A DNA stretch of 64,000 bases from an uncultured Candidatus Bathyarchaeia archaeon (GTDB taxonomy: Archaea > Thermoproteota > Bathyarchaeia > Bathyarchaeales > Bathyarchaeaceae): positions 196,875 to 260,874 of the forward strand of contig CAYQMM010000002.1 of the NCBI GenBank assembly GCA_964418675.1, in the 5' to 3' direction. The position numbers and the translations under genes are program-made. Below are positions 46,490-56,934 of this stretch, in pieces. The notes under the pieces are model-generated. The model worked only from the letters and a program-made list of their open reading frames with translations. It ran no database searches and was not told the origin of the DNA. Each line of letters starts with the position of its first letter. Position 1 is the first letter of the stretch.

Positions 46490-47701
46490 TTACCAGATTG
46501 TTATTTTTCCTTTGATTAGTTGTTGGCAGAAGTTTTCTATGTTTGCCAGTTCAGCGTCTATCACGTCGATTATCCGCTTCTCCACACTCTTCTCCAACGC
46601 GCCGCCACCATCCATAACCACCTGAGCCGCAGCAATCGCAGGCTGATCAATCGGCTTACCAATCCGACTCAACAACCAAACACAAACCTCAGCCGCCTCA
46701 GGCACCTCATCACAAACCCGCCGAGCAATCCTATGACTCAAAGCATTGTAAATCTTCCCCACATGACTAACCGGATTCTTCCCAGCCGCAGCCTCAGTCC
46801 CAATCGGACGATTCAAAGAAATAACACCATTCACCTTATTCCCCCGCCCCACCTGACCAGAATCCGCACCATCCGCACTCGTACCCAAAACAGTCAAATA
46901 CACACCATCCACACCCCGACCCTCAACATCCAAAGTATTCAAACTCACAAAATGCTTCTCAAAACGCCCCTTCCCCTCAACAAACTTGCGGACGTCCTCC
47001 AGCATCGCCGCCTTCTTCTCCATATAATCCCGCTCGCCAGATACAAACCTGTCAACAAAAGCCATAGCGATAGTTAAGTCAAGGCATTCCCCATACCTGA
47101 AACCCATAACCTTCACATCCTCCCCAGCCGCAGGAAACCGATCCTTAAACCCTTTCGAATTCACGTACCTCTCAGTCTCCAAAACCGTATTCTCAACCCT
47201 ACTCAAAGGAGCATAACCCACAGCCGCACTAGTATCATTAGCACCAAACATACACACCTTCCTCCTGAAAATGTCAGTAAGCCCCTGACTACCCGGCTTC
47301 AACTCCACCTGATACCTCATATGCACATCAGGATCAACAAACCGCAAATTCTTCTTCAACCAATCCTTAGCCGTCTCAACAGCAATCTCCCCCACAGGAA
47401 TCTTCTTCCCATCAGCCTCAAAAGTCGCCCGATCACCAAAAATAAGAAGCATTGGCTCATTCACAACACCCCCACCAAACCGGCACTCAACCTCACCCGC
47501 AACCAACAACGACTTATCAGCATTATGATGCAAAATCGCCCCAAACTCATCCAAATACGCCTTACTCAAACCCACAGAAACCTGATCCATAATCGCATCA
47601 CACATAGAATCAGGATGCCCAACACCCTTCCGCTCAACAATCTCAATCTGCTGCTTCTCAAGAGGAATCCGCCTCGAACCAGACACCATAATATTCCGCA
47701 T
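46490..47701 (-). CDS. metK: Archaeal-type S-adenosylmethionine synthetase
   Basis: The ORF track starts at 47728. The internal ATG 47701 gives MRNIMVSG...IEIVERKGVGHPDSMCDAI, the canonical archaeal MAT N-terminus. Confidence 0.88.
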   Translation of the reverse strand: MRNIMVSGSRRIPLEKQQIEIVERKGVGHPDSMCDAIMDQVSVGLSKAYLDEFGAILHHNADKSLLVAGEVECRFGGGVVNEPMLLIFGDRATFEADGKKIPVGEIAVETAKDWLKKNLRFVDPDVHMRYQVELKPGSQGLTDIFRRKVCMFGANDTSAAVGYAPLSRVENTVLETERYVNSKGFKDRFPAAGEDVKVMGFRYGECLDLTIAMAFVDRFVSGERDYMEKKAAMLEDVRKFVEGKGRFEKHFVSLNTLDVEGRGVDGVYLTVLGTSADGADSGQVGRGNKVNGVISLNRPIGTEAAAGKNPVSHVGKIYNALSHRIARRVCDEVPEAAEVCVWLLSRIGKPIDQPAIAAAQVVMDGGGALEKSVEKRIIDVIDAELANIENFCQQLIKGKITIW

Positions 47702-49380
47702 AGAAACACCTTGCCGAATGGCTAACACAAATAATTCATATATACCTTACGATACAACGAGCACCAAAACCCAACACACAACACCTATTCCATCTCGCAC
47801 CACCAAAACTTTTCCACCCCCAATTTTTGCCATAAAATTGTAGCAAACATTGATAAACAAGACCACTCCATACTGCAAAATATGCTAGAACATTTAAAAG
47901 AAGCCTGCGGAGTCTTCGGAGCACAAGACCACCAAAACAAACCCATATTCCCCTACATCTACTGGGGACTACGCGCCCAAAACCACCGCGGACACCAATC
48001 CCACGGCTTCCTCACCTACGACAGCGGAGCATTCCACAGCCACAAAGGACTAGACCTAGTCCCAAAAATAAGAAACGAAGAAATCAACGAATGGCTCACA
48101 AAACTCCCCGGACCAACCGGACTAGGACACGTAAGATACAGCACCTCAGGCGGAACCGACCAACAATCCCTCGTAAAAAGCACCCAACCCATCCTAGAAA
48201 CATACGGAACCAAACAAATCGCCCTAGCCTTCAACGGCAACGTCGTCAACACCCCCCAAATAATCCAAGAAATAAGAGAAGACTACCCCAACTTCCGCTT
48301 CAACTACGACGCAGAACTAATCTCCAGAAAACTCCTAAGACTCGGAAAAAAAGACGACCTAGCCTCATCCATCAAAAGATGCATGAAAGAAATCGAAGGC
48401 GCCTTCTCCGTAGCAGGAATAACCGAAAAAGGAGAACTCTTCGCCTTCAAAGACCCACGCGGAATAAGACCCCTATGCTGCGGCTGCAGCAGAGACAGAA
48501 AAACTTGCGTAGTCTCATCAGAAACCGTGGGCCTAGACATAAACGACTTCCAACTAGATTTTGAAATAAACCCCGGAGAACTCGTAACCGCCACAAAAGA
48601 CGGATTCAACCGGGAACAACTGGTAAACGGAGAAAAAAAGGCATTATGCGCCTTCGAATTCGCCTACTTCTCCAGACCAGACTCAAAACTAGGAGACAAG
48701 CACGTTTACGAAGTAAGAGAAGAATTCGGAAGAAACTTCGCTTGGGAATACCCAGAAACCACCAGCAAAGTAGACATAATCCTATCCATGCCCGAAACAG
48801 GCAACGACGCCGCCTTCGGATTCCACGAACTAACACGCATAAGATGGGAAAGAGCCTCAAGAAGACACAGATACGTAGCAGAAAGAGCCTTCATCCTCCT
48901 ACCCGAAGAACGATACACAACAATAAACAGAAAAATCAACATCGTCGACCACAAACTAATCGGAAAAAACGTCGCAGTAGTAGATGACAGCATCGTCAGA
49001 GGCGACACCACCAAAGTCGTAGTGAAAAAACTCCGCGAAATGGGCGCAAAAAAAATCTACCTCTTCATCACCTTCCCCCGAATAATAGGCCCCTGCTTCT
49101 ACGGAGTCGACATGGCAACCTACCGAGAACTCATAGGATCACGATACGAACCCGAAGAGATAGCAGAGATAGTGGGCGCCGACGCCGTAAACTACCAATC
49201 AGTAGAAGGACTTGTCAAAGCCACCGGCATGAACAAAGACGAACTATGCCTAGGATGCATCACAGGCAAATATCCCACGCCCATGGCACAGAGACTGGCA
49301 GACGAAATGAAAGAAAGATTCGCGAACGGCTACAACGAACAAGGAAGAATATACGAGACTGCCATCAACTAACCCAGAAT
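46570..49380. other. Tract with an A+C-rich plus strand (G- and T-depleted) spanning most of metK (minus strand), the divergent intergenic region and all of purF (plus strand)
   Basis: Hand counts: 47401-47460 A19 C19 G8 T14; 48091-48150 A20 C20 G13 T7. 37 of the first 40 purF codons end in A or C. The intergenic stretch 47729-47881 has only about 10 G. Confidence 0.8.
47882..49372 (+). CDS. purF: Amidophosphoribosyltransferase
   Basis: 496 aa. Propeptide then CGVFG. Ntn-amidotransferase and PRTase (VVDDSIVRGDT) motifs. Confidence 0.9.
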   Translation: MLEHLKEACGVFGAQDHQNKPIFPYIYWGLRAQNHRGHQSHGFLTYDSGAFHSHKGLDLVPKIRNEEINEWLTKLPGPTGLGHVRYSTSGGTDQQSLVKSTQPILETYGTKQIALAFNGNVVNTPQIIQEIREDYPNFRFNYDAELISRKLLRLGKKDDLASSIKRCMKEIEGAFSVAGITEKGELFAFKDPRGIRPLCCGCSRDRKTCVVSSETVGLDINDFQLDFEINPGELVTATKDGFNREQLVNGEKKALCAFEFAYFSRPDSKLGDKHVYEVREEFGRNFAWEYPETTSKVDIILSMPETGNDAAFGFHELTRIRWERASRRHRYVAERAFILLPEERYTTINRKINIVDHKLIGKNVAVVDDSIVRGDTTKVVVKKLREMGAKKIYLFITFPRIIGPCFYGVDMATYRELIGSRYEPEEIAEIVGADAVNYQSVEGLVKATGMNKDELCLGCITGKYPTPMAQRLADEMKERFANGYNEQGRIYETAIN

Positions 49381-49394
49381 GCGGGTGACCCCGG

Positions 49395-50804
49395 ATGGAA
49401 AAAGTTGGCATCCTAGTGGTTTCGTACGGCTCAAGAGCAGTTGCCATGATAGACACTTTCCTCCGCAGCGAAGAATACGCCCCAGAAATCTACGTTGTGG
49501 ACAAACAGAAAAACCCCTTCAACGTAAAACGGGCTGAGAGACACATTGTTATTTCTGACTTCAATTTAAAGGAAATTGTGAGGTTCGCCAAAAGGCACGA
49601 AGACAGAATAGACTTTGGGATAGTTGGCCCTGAAAAGCCCATCATTGCTGGCGTGCGAGACCTCGTCGAGAAGGAAACACGTATACCAATGATATGCCCC
49701 ACCAAGAGATATGCCATCGAAGGCAGCAAGGTGGCTCAGCGGCAGCTGTTCCAGAGGGTTGCCCCCGAAGTAAACCCGAAATTCAAGGTTTTTGACCCGA
49801 AGGATTACGGCAGCGTGGGGCATGTTAAGAAGAGCGTTTACGCTTGGCTTAAAGAACTCAACAACGAGGTGGCGGTGAAGCCTGACAGAGCAACTGCTGG
49901 AAAGGGGGTCGGCGTTTGGGGTGACCATTTCAGCACTCGCGAAGAGGTTTTCGAGCATTTTCTCTCCAACTACCAGTATGGTCCAGTGATAATTGAGGAG
50001 AAAGTTGAGGGAGAAGAGTCCAGTTTCCAAACGTTCTGCGATGGAAAGCGTTTGGTTCCCTTGCCTGAGACCCGTGACTACAAGAGAGCCTTTGATGGCG
50101 ATAAGGGTCCAAACACTGGGGGGATGGGTTCCTACAAAGACTCCGGAGATATTCTTCCATTCATGAATTCAAGGGATAGGGAGAAAGAAATTGAACTTGT
50201 TAACAGGGTTTTCAGGGAACTGAAGGGAAAAGGAAGCAATCCCGAGTTGCGAGGCATCCCCTTCTACTCCGCCTTCATCCACACCAGCAAAGGACCAAAA
50301 ATCTTGGAGAATAACAGTCGACCCGGAGACCCAGAGATAATGAACCTTCTTCCCGTCCTGAAGGACGACTTCGTTGAGTTTTGCTATAAAATGTTGGATG
50401 GAAACCTGAGGAAGGTCGATTTTAGGGGGATGGCGACTGTTGTGACCTACAAGGTTCCGCCCAGCTACGGTGGCTACTCAACAGAGTTTCCTGAACGAGT
50501 GGAGAAGAATGAAGTAGATACTCCTGTAGATTTGTCGGGAGCACAAAAACTGGTTGAGAAAGAGGGGGAGAGAATAAGGGTTTATCCGGGGTCTTTGGAG
50601 TTGAGGGATAGAGAGAATTTTGCCCTTGGGTCTCGTGCCGTCTGTGTCGTCGGCATTGGAGATGACATTCAGGAGGCTAGGGAAAGCTCCTTGGAGGGCA
50701 TAGGGGCGATTAAAGGCGGAGCTCTTTGGAACAGAGATGATATTGCCGCAGCAGAACATATTAAGAAAAGCGTGCGACACATGGAAAAGCTGAGGAGGCG
50801 CTGA
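49395..50804 (+). CDS. purD: Phosphoribosylamine-glycine ligase
   Basis: 469 aa. ATP-grasp features (GKGVGVWG, GPNTGGMGSY, ENNSRPGDPE). Confidence 0.88.
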   Translation: MEKVGILVVSYGSRAVAMIDTFLRSEEYAPEIYVVDKQKNPFNVKRAERHIVISDFNLKEIVRFAKRHEDRIDFGIVGPEKPIIAGVRDLVEKETRIPMICPTKRYAIEGSKVAQRQLFQRVAPEVNPKFKVFDPKDYGSVGHVKKSVYAWLKELNNEVAVKPDRATAGKGVGVWGDHFSTREEVFEHFLSNYQYGPVIIEEKVEGEESSFQTFCDGKRLVPLPETRDYKRAFDGDKGPNTGGMGSYKDSGDILPFMNSRDREKEIELVNRVFRELKGKGSNPELRGIPFYSAFIHTSKGPKILENNSRPGDPEIMNLLPVLKDDFVEFCYKMLDGNLRKVDFRGMATVVTYKVPPSYGGYSTEFPERVEKNEVDTPVDLSGAQKLVEKEGERIRVYPGSLELRDRENFALGSRAVCVVGIGDDIQEARESSLEGIGAIKGGALWNRDDIAAAEHIKKSVRHMEKLRRR

Positions 50805-51910
50805 TGGCACCAGAAGCGTCGCAAAAGAATTCCAGAATTTTCGTTACGGATTGTGAGGGTCCTATTTCGAAGAATGACAATGCCTTCGAGTTGACGAGCA
50901 GCTTTGTTCCCAAGGGAGACCGCTTCTTTGCTTTGGTGAGTAAATATGATGATGTTCTAGCGGATGTTGTCAAAAAGCCCGGATACAAGGCTGGGGACAC
51001 TCTGCGATTGATTCTTCCCTTCCTGAAGGCTTATGGAGCAAGCGATGAGAAGATGAGAGATTACTCTTCCAGAAACGTTCTTCTGGTTCCCGGCGCCCGG
51101 GACATGCTCCAATTTGTGAAGAAGCTGATGCCATCCTTTATTGTCAGCACCAGCTACGAGCAGTATATCTCTTCCTTGTGCCAGCTAACTGGTTTTCCAT
51201 TCGGCAACGCCTACTGCACCCGCCTGAACATCGACAAGTATGGTATCAGCGAGGAAGAGGTGAAGAGGCTCCAAAAGCTTGGGGAGGAGATAGCGGCTAT
51301 GCCCATGATTGAAATCCCAGAAAACAGCCGCTCTATCCAAGATTTTTACCCGAGAGACCAAGCAACAATAGAGCGATTAGATGAGATATTCTGGGAAATA
51401 ATTCCAAGAATGGAATCCGGCAGAATGCTGAGGGAGGTTAATCCTGTTGGCGGGTCAGAGAAGGCGAAGGCTGTGCAGGATATTGTTGAGAAGTTAGGTA
51501 GCAGCCTTGACAGGGTAATGTATGCGGGCGACAGCATCACAGACGTCCCGCCATTAAGGTTAGTTAGAGAAAATGGGGGATTAACGGTCTCTTTCAATGG
51601 GAACGATTATGCGGTACGAGAGGCTGAAGTTGCCGTGCTTTCAGGCAACACAATAGTGACATCTGTTCTCGCAGAATCCTTCAGCAGATTAGGCAAGAAT
51701 CAGATACTGAAGTTGATTGAAGAGTGGACCCCCTCAGGACTGAAAAAGTATTGTGTTAATTCAGCGTTACAAGAGCGGATGTTGGCGTTGTATCCCGATG
51801 GCTTTCCTCAAGTTGAAGAGATAAATGCTAACAATATGGAGAGACTGAAAAGGGAAAGCAGTATCTTTAGGAAGAGTGTGAGAGGAGAGGCTATAGGAAA
51901 GTTAGGATAA
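50804..51910 (+). CDS. HAD-fold protein of unknown function, with D-x-E in place of D-x-D in motif I
   Basis: 368 aa. Motifs FVTDCEGPIS, IVSTSYEQ, GGSEKAKA, AGDSITDV. 1-nt overlap (TGATG) with purD. Confidence 0.6.
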   Translation: MAPEASQKNSRIFVTDCEGPISKNDNAFELTSSFVPKGDRFFALVSKYDDVLADVVKKPGYKAGDTLRLILPFLKAYGASDEKMRDYSSRNVLLVPGARDMLQFVKKLMPSFIVSTSYEQYISSLCQLTGFPFGNAYCTRLNIDKYGISEEEVKRLQKLGEEIAAMPMIEIPENSRSIQDFYPRDQATIERLDEIFWEIIPRMESGRMLREVNPVGGSEKAKAVQDIVEKLGSSLDRVMYAGDSITDVPPLRLVRENGGLTVSFNGNDYAVREAEVAVLSGNTIVTSVLAESFSRLGKNQILKLIEEWTPSGLKKYCVNSALQERMLALYPDGFPQVEEINANNMERLKRESSIFRKSVRGEAIGKLG

Positions 51911-51928
51911 GCATATGACAGTGATTCC

Positions 51929-52834
51929 ATGAAGGCAGAAATCGAAGACACCTATGCAGAAGCTTTCGACGGATTATACGCAAGAGTCATCGTCACCGCA
52001 GACCACAAAGAAGTGCTAAAGAGAGCCGCAGAAGACGCCACAGCAACACCCTCCATAGTCATCGGCAGAATCGAGGGCGGCATCGAAAAATATCTAAACA
52101 CAAAGGAAACACCAGATGGACGCAGCGGCGCCCTTCTACAATTCTGGGGAGGCATCAACGAAACCAAGCCTCTAGAGGAAGATGTGAAAAAGTTTGAGAA
52201 AGAGCTCTCATATCGAATACGGCAGGACATCCTCGTGAAGCCCTTCACTGCCCTCTTTGACTTCCTGCCGAAACCGGATGGAAAGATTGGGATGATGGAG
52301 AGGGTTGGTCACTGCGGAGACGGTTTCGAATGGACAGAAAAACGTTACGGACGAAACATGATAATCATCCCCCTCATGGTCTCTAACTTTTTGATAGAAA
52401 GTAAACTGGGCTATGCCAAAGGAGTAATGGGAGCAAACTTCTGGTATATGTGCAAAACCAAGCAGGCAGTTATGGAAGCGGGAAGAAGAGCGCTGGATGC
52501 CATCCACCAAATTTCAGAGGTCATAACTCCCTTTGATGTCTGCTCAGCAGGGTCAAAACCCGAGACGAAATTTCCATCTATCGGTCCCACAACCAATCAT
52601 CCATACTGTCCTACCCTGAAGGAAAAATTAGGAAAAAAGTCAAAGGTTCCGGAAGGCGTGAAGTACATTCCGGAGATAGTGATCAACGGCACCTCCCTTG
52701 AAGCTGTGAAGAAGGCTATGCGAGTCGGTATCCAAAGTGCCTGCAACGTGGAGGGGGTCGTTAGGATTTCAGCGGGAAATTATGGGGGAAAACTTGGCAG
52801 GCACAGAATAGCCCTGCGGGAGCTGTTTCCATGA
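51929..52834 (+). CDS. ftr: Formylmethanofuran:tetrahydromethanopterin formyltransferase family (Ftr/FhcD-like)
   Basis: 301 aa. [10 protein letters not shown]-terminus and C-terminal [24 protein letters not shown]...[14 protein letters not shown], as I recall from Ftr proteins. Confidence 0.75.
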   Translation: MKAEIEDTYAEAFDGLYARVIVTADHKEVLKRAAEDATATPSIVIGRIEGGIEKYLNTKETPDGRSGALLQFWGGINETKPLEEDVKKFEKELSYRIRQDILVKPFTALFDFLPKPDGKIGMMERVGHCGDGFEWTEKRYGRNMIIIPLMVSNFLIESKLGYAKGVMGANFWYMCKTKQAVMEAGRRALDAIHQISEVITPFDVCSAGSKPETKFPSIGPTTNHPYCPTLKEKLGKKSKVPEGVKYIPEIVINGTSLEAVKKAMRVGIQSACNVEGVVRISAGNYGGKLGRHRIALRELFP

Positions 52835-53733
52835 AGTTCCAGGTTGTAGGCTTCGGCGCCCTCAACTTGGACAAGCTGTACAAGGTGAACATGATTGCCA
52901 AAGAAGAGGAGGAGGGCTTCGTCACGGGCTTCAAGGAATCCGCTGGCGGCTCAGCAGCCAACACCGTTGTGGGCTTGGCTAGGCTGGGGCTGAAAACGGG
53001 TTTCATAGGGAAGGTTGCCGCAGACCATGAAGGTAACTTTCTCCTTGAAGACTTCAGAACCGAGGGGGTTGACACCGACGGCATAACGGTTTCTGAAGAG
53101 GGCAGAAGCGGCGTGGTTATGGGATTCATCGATATAAAGGGAGACAGAGCCTTGTACGTTGACCCCGGCGTCAACAACCTGACAGAATTTAGCGACATCA
53201 ACTTGGATTACGTGGCTAACACCGAATTTCTGCATCTATCATCTTTTGTTGGAGACAAACCCCTGAAAGCCCAAAAACAACTCATAGAACAGCTTTCCGA
53301 TATCAAGATAAGTTTCGACCCCGGCGCCCTCTACGCAAGAAAAGGCTTGAGAGCACTAAGACCAGTAATCAAAAGATGTTATGTCATGTTTCCCAATGCC
53401 ATAGAAACGAAAATGCTTACAGGACGGGACTATGAGGAAGGCGCCAAAACCTTCACAAAATTAGGCGCTGAAATCGTTGCAGTTAAGCTCGGCAGGAAGG
53501 GCTGCTACGTCACTGACGGAAAGGAGAACCATCTGGTTGAGGCTTACAAGGTGGACGCGGTAGATACAACTGGCGCTGGCGACGCTTTCTGTGCAGGCTT
53601 TCTCTACGGTTTAATCAAGGGAAAAGACTTGGTTGAGTGCGGAAGGCTGGGAAACTTTGTTGCATCCCGTTGCGTAGCAAAGATGGGCGCCAGAACCGGA
53701 TTGCCTAGATTAGAAGACCTGAAAGACCTCTAG
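52831..53733 (+). CDS. PfkB/ribokinase-family sugar or nucleoside kinase
   Basis: 300 aa. GGSAANT and [16 protein letters not shown] motifs. ATGA overlap with ftr. Confidence 0.8.
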   Translation: MKFQVVGFGALNLDKLYKVNMIAKEEEEGFVTGFKESAGGSAANTVVGLARLGLKTGFIGKVAADHEGNFLLEDFRTEGVDTDGITVSEEGRSGVVMGFIDIKGDRALYVDPGVNNLTEFSDINLDYVANTEFLHLSSFVGDKPLKAQKQLIEQLSDIKISFDPGALYARKGLRALRPVIKRCYVMFPNAIETKMLTGRDYEEGAKTFTKLGAEIVAVKLGRKGCYVTDGKENHLVEAYKVDAVDTTGAGDAFCAGFLYGLIKGKDLVECGRLGNFVASRCVAKMGARTGLPRLEDLKDL

Positions 53734-53738
53734 AAACC

Positions 53739-54557
53739 TCAGAAACGTTTCTTCAGATATTCGACCATGGATTCGAAAACTAGTTTTCCATCGCCATACT
53801 CTGGCATGTTTTCTGTTTTGGTCCAGTCAGGGAGTTGCCAACCGTAAAAGGCTCGTTCTGGATGTGGCATCAAACCAAAAATGGTTCCTGTGGGGTCGCA
53901 GATGCCCGCGATGTCGTGGAAGGCACCGTTAGGATTCACTGGATATTTGCCCTCTGCATACTCGCCCATTTGGTTGCAGTACCTGAAGACAAGCTGGTCA
54001 TTATCATACAACTTCTCCAGATACCTGTTCTCCTTCTCCTTTGAAAAGAGGAACCGCCCTTCGCCATGAGCCACCGGTATCCGCAGCACCTTTCCTTTCG
54101 GAATTTTTTGTGTGAAGAGGCACTTGCCAGAATTTTCATGCTTAACATAGACCCACCGGCAATTATAGCCAATGGGAATGTTAGTTGCTAATGCTGCCTC
54201 AGGATACTCGCTAACTCCTTCGTAGGCAGGTAGCAAGCCTGCTTCAACCAGAACCTGAAAACCGTTGCAAATTCCCAAGATAGGTCTTCCCTCATCAACG
54301 AACGTTTCAAGTTCGCTACGAAGTTTTGTCAGGGTTCCCTTGGCTAAGATGGCTCCAGCCCGCACGTAATCGCCGTAGGAGAATCCACCAGGAAAAACAA
54401 GGGCATTATAGTCTAGGAGATTGGCATTTTTCACTACCTCGTTAAGATGAACGACCTCCGCCTTGACTCCCACTTCGTCTAAGGCTCTCTTGGTCTCTGC
54501 GTCACAGTTTGTTCCGCCCACCCTCATGACGCAGACGCGAACATCCCCTATTTTCAC
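53739..54557 (-). CDS. purQ: FGAM synthase, glutaminase subunit
   Basis: The ORF track extends to 54629, which overlaps purL. GTG 54557 (MKIGDVRVCVMRVGGTNCD) begins 1 nt after the purL TAG stop. ICNGFQVL catalytic Cys and MPHPER. Confidence 0.85.
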   Translation of the reverse strand: MKIGDVRVCVMRVGGTNCDAETKRALDEVGVKAEVVHLNEVVKNANLLDYNALVFPGGFSYGDYVRAGAILAKGTLTKLRSELETFVDEGRPILGICNGFQVLVEAGLLPAYEGVSEYPEAALATNIPIGYNCRWVYVKHENSGKCLFTQKIPKGKVLRIPVAHGEGRFLFSKEKENRYLEKLYDNDQLVFRYCNQMGEYAEGKYPVNPNGAFHDIAGICDPTGTIFGLMPHPERAFYGWQLPDWTKTENMPEYGDGKLVFESMVEYLKKRF

Positions 54558-54558
54558 A

Positions 54559-56934
54559 CTATTGCCCTCCCAACGTGCTCTTCCAGCGTCTCCGCAACTC
54601 AGGCAACCCGGCACAAACAACGTTTTCACCCTTCAACCCATAAACCGAAAGACTGCCCTCTTTCTTGACTCTGCCAATTTCTGTGCAATCGCCGCCTTTC
54701 ATCAGGGCTTCGAAGTCTTCTCTGCGCTTTTCTGTGACTTCCACAAGGAATCTGCTGTTTGATTCCGAGAAGAGAAGAAAATCGTTTCTACTGATTTTAT
54801 TGGTTCTTGGAACATTCTTGAGGTGCAGTTCCGCACCGTATCCGCTACTGAAAGACATCTCCGCCGAAGCAACAACCAAACCTCCATCAGAAAGGTCGTG
54901 GCATGACCTTACATAGCCGGAGTCAATGGCTTTCGTCACCAAATCCATCGTTTTCTTAGCTTGGTCAATCCTCACTCTCGGAACTGCCCTTCCAGTGTAG
55001 CCCTTGAGTTGATAGTATCGAGAGCCTCCTAGCTCGGCGTAGGTTTTGCCGACCAGGTAGATGAGGTTTCCCGGCTGCTTCAACTCCATGGAAACTGCCT
55101 TTCGTATGTCGGGGATTACTCCAACTGCTGTGATTAAGAGCGTTGGGGTAACCGGTCCCAGAGGAGATTCGTTGTAGAGGCTGTCTTTTCCCGAAATGAA
55201 GGGGGTCTGGAAGCCCTTGGCGAAGTCGTAGCAGGCTCTGCAGGCTCTCACCAGAGACCCCAGCCTATCAGGCTTTTCCGGGTTTCCCCAAGTGAAGTTG
55301 TCGAGTAGTGCAGCTCTTCTTCCGCCAACGGCAGTGTTGTTTCTCAGCGCCTCGTCGATGCTGGAAGCTGCCATCCAGTAGGGGTCAATCTTCCCATAAT
55401 TTGGGTTCATTCCACAGGAGATAACGACTCCCCGCCAAGAATCTGACAATGGTTTTATGACAGCGGCATCGTTTGGTCCGCCGTACTTGCTTTGGAGGGG
55501 CTTTAGAGCGGTGTTTCCTTTCACTTCATGGTCGTAGGTTCTTACCACCGATTCCTTGCTGGCGATGCTGAGTAAAGAGAGGAGCTTGAAAACTTCATCT
55601 GTTAGGTCCTTTGGTTCTGGGAAACTGTGCTCTTCGTGGTTGGGTTCTTGCCACTCAGCGGTGCTTCTGACTTTTGGGGGGTTGAACATGAAGTCTATGT
55701 CTAGCTCTGCGACTCTCTGCCCCAGATAATCAACTTTGAGGACTCCGTCATCAGTGAATTTGCCTATGGGCGTGGCTTCGACGTTTTCGGTTTCAAAAAT
55801 TTCCAGAGCCCTTCTGAGATTCTTTTCTGGAACTGATAGGAGCATTCTCTCTTGTGATTCGGAGATGTAGATTTCCCAAGGAGCCAAGCCCGGATATTTC
55901 AGCGGAATCCTGTCGAGGTCTACGTGAATTCCGCAGTTGGACCGGTCAGCCATTTCTCCAGTAGCGCAGGAGATTCCGCCGCCGCCTATGTCGGTTATGG
56001 CAGAGCCTAAGCCTTCGTCTCTCAGTTTTATGATGGCTCGCTTGACTTTCTCCTCCACTATGGGGTTCGCAATCTGAACTGCGGGTCTTGAAACCTCTTC
56101 AGACTCCTTGGTTAATTCTGCCGAGGCGAAGGTTACGCCGTGGATTCCGTCTCTTCCCGTCTCTCCGCCCACAAGAAGGGCAATGTCTCCTGGTTTCGTG
56201 GCTTTCGCGAACTTGTTTTTTGGGAGAATTCCTATGCAGCCGCAGTAGACTACTACGTTGCCGACGTAGCTTTCGTCGAAGTGTATGGCTCCGTTGACTG
56301 TGGGTATTCCCATGTTGTTTCCGTAGTTTCCTATGCCCGCGACGACCCCCCTGTAAACGTATTTTGGATGTTTTGTTCCGGCTGGAAGCTTACTGTAATC
56401 ATAGTCTAATGGACCGAAGCATAGGACGTCGGTGCAGGCTATGGGGTCAGCCCAGACGCCCAGTATGTCTCGTATGACGCCTCCTGTTCCTGTGGCTGCT
56501 CCTCCGAAAGGCTCTATGGCAGAGGGGTGATTGTGGGTTTCAACCTTAGCTGCGATGACATTGTTTCCTTCAAACTCTATTATTCCCGCGTTGTCTTCGA
56601 AGACCGAAACGCACCAAGAAGGATTAAGCTCCTTTGTTGCTTTGGCGATGTATGTTTTGAAGAGGCTCTTGATTTCGCCCTCGGGTGTTGTTATGTCGCC
56701 TTTGAAGGTTTTGTGGTAGCAATGTTCAGACCATGTTTGACCTATGGTTTGAAGCTCCACATCCGTGGGGTTTCTTTTCTTTCTGGAAAAGTAGTTTCTA
56801 ACAGCCTTCATCTCAGTTAGGTTCAAGCCGATTCCTAGTTCTCTGCTGATTTGGAGCAGTTGCTTGTTATCTGCGTCGTGCAGGTTTATTTCTACAAGTT
56901 CGTAGGGTACACCTCTCTTGACGTAACGGCTCAT
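54559..56934 (-). CDS. purL: FGAM synthase II (large subunit)
   Basis: The ORF track extends to 56997. ATG 56934 (MSRYVKRGVPYELVEINL) overlaps the purS stop (ATGA). SEHCYHKTF, ETHNHPSAIEPFGGAATG. Confidence 0.9.
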   Translation of the reverse strand: MSRYVKRGVPYELVEINLHDADNKQLLQISRELGIGLNLTEMKAVRNYFSRKKRNPTDVELQTIGQTWSEHCYHKTFKGDITTPEGEIKSLFKTYIAKATKELNPSWCVSVFEDNAGIIEFEGNNVIAAKVETHNHPSAIEPFGGAATGTGGVIRDILGVWADPIACTDVLCFGPLDYDYSKLPAGTKHPKYVYRGVVAGIGNYGNNMGIPTVNGAIHFDESYVGNVVVYCGCIGILPKNKFAKATKPGDIALLVGGETGRDGIHGVTFASAELTKESEEVSRPAVQIANPIVEEKVKRAIIKLRDEGLGSAITDIGGGGISCATGEMADRSNCGIHVDLDRIPLKYPGLAPWEIYISESQERMLLSVPEKNLRRALEIFETENVEATPIGKFTDDGVLKVDYLGQRVAELDIDFMFNPPKVRSTAEWQEPNHEEHSFPEPKDLTDEVFKLLSLLSIASKESVVRTYDHEVKGNTALKPLQSKYGGPNDAAVIKPLSDSWRGVVISCGMNPNYGKIDPYWMAASSIDEALRNNTAVGGRRAALLDNFTWGNPEKPDRLGSLVRACRACYDFAKGFQTPFISGKDSLYNESPLGPVTPTLLITAVGVIPDIRKAVSMELKQPGNLIYLVGKTYAELGGSRYYQLKGYTGRAVPRVRIDQAKKTMDLVTKAIDSGYVRSCHDLSDGGLVVASAEMSFSSGYGAELHLKNVPRTNKISRNDFLLFSESNSRFLVEVTEKRREDFEALMKGGDCTEIGRVKKEGSLSVYGLKGENVVCAGLPELRRRWKSTLGGQ

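Noticed and set aside
44420-46490. AT-rich island flanked by a composition-skew switch, considered as a replication origin, with the two-winged-helix protein as a WhiP/Cdt1-like initiator
   Set aside because: No Orc1/Cdc6 gene is adjacent and I could not find repeated ORB-like boxes. The extreme skew is confined to 2-3 kb rather than extending outward. Its polarity (G+T-rich on the left, A+C-rich on the right of the plus strand) is the opposite of the usual origin pattern. I kept it only as a remote possibility.
46520-48987. Plus-strand ORFs 46520-47077 and 47321-47725 (antisense to metK) and out-of-frame ORFs 48091-48564 and 48646-48987 inside purF, all R/K/P/N/T/H-rich
   Set aside because: Same artefact of the A+C-rich strand (no TAA/TAG/TGA). 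MetK and PurF are the real products.
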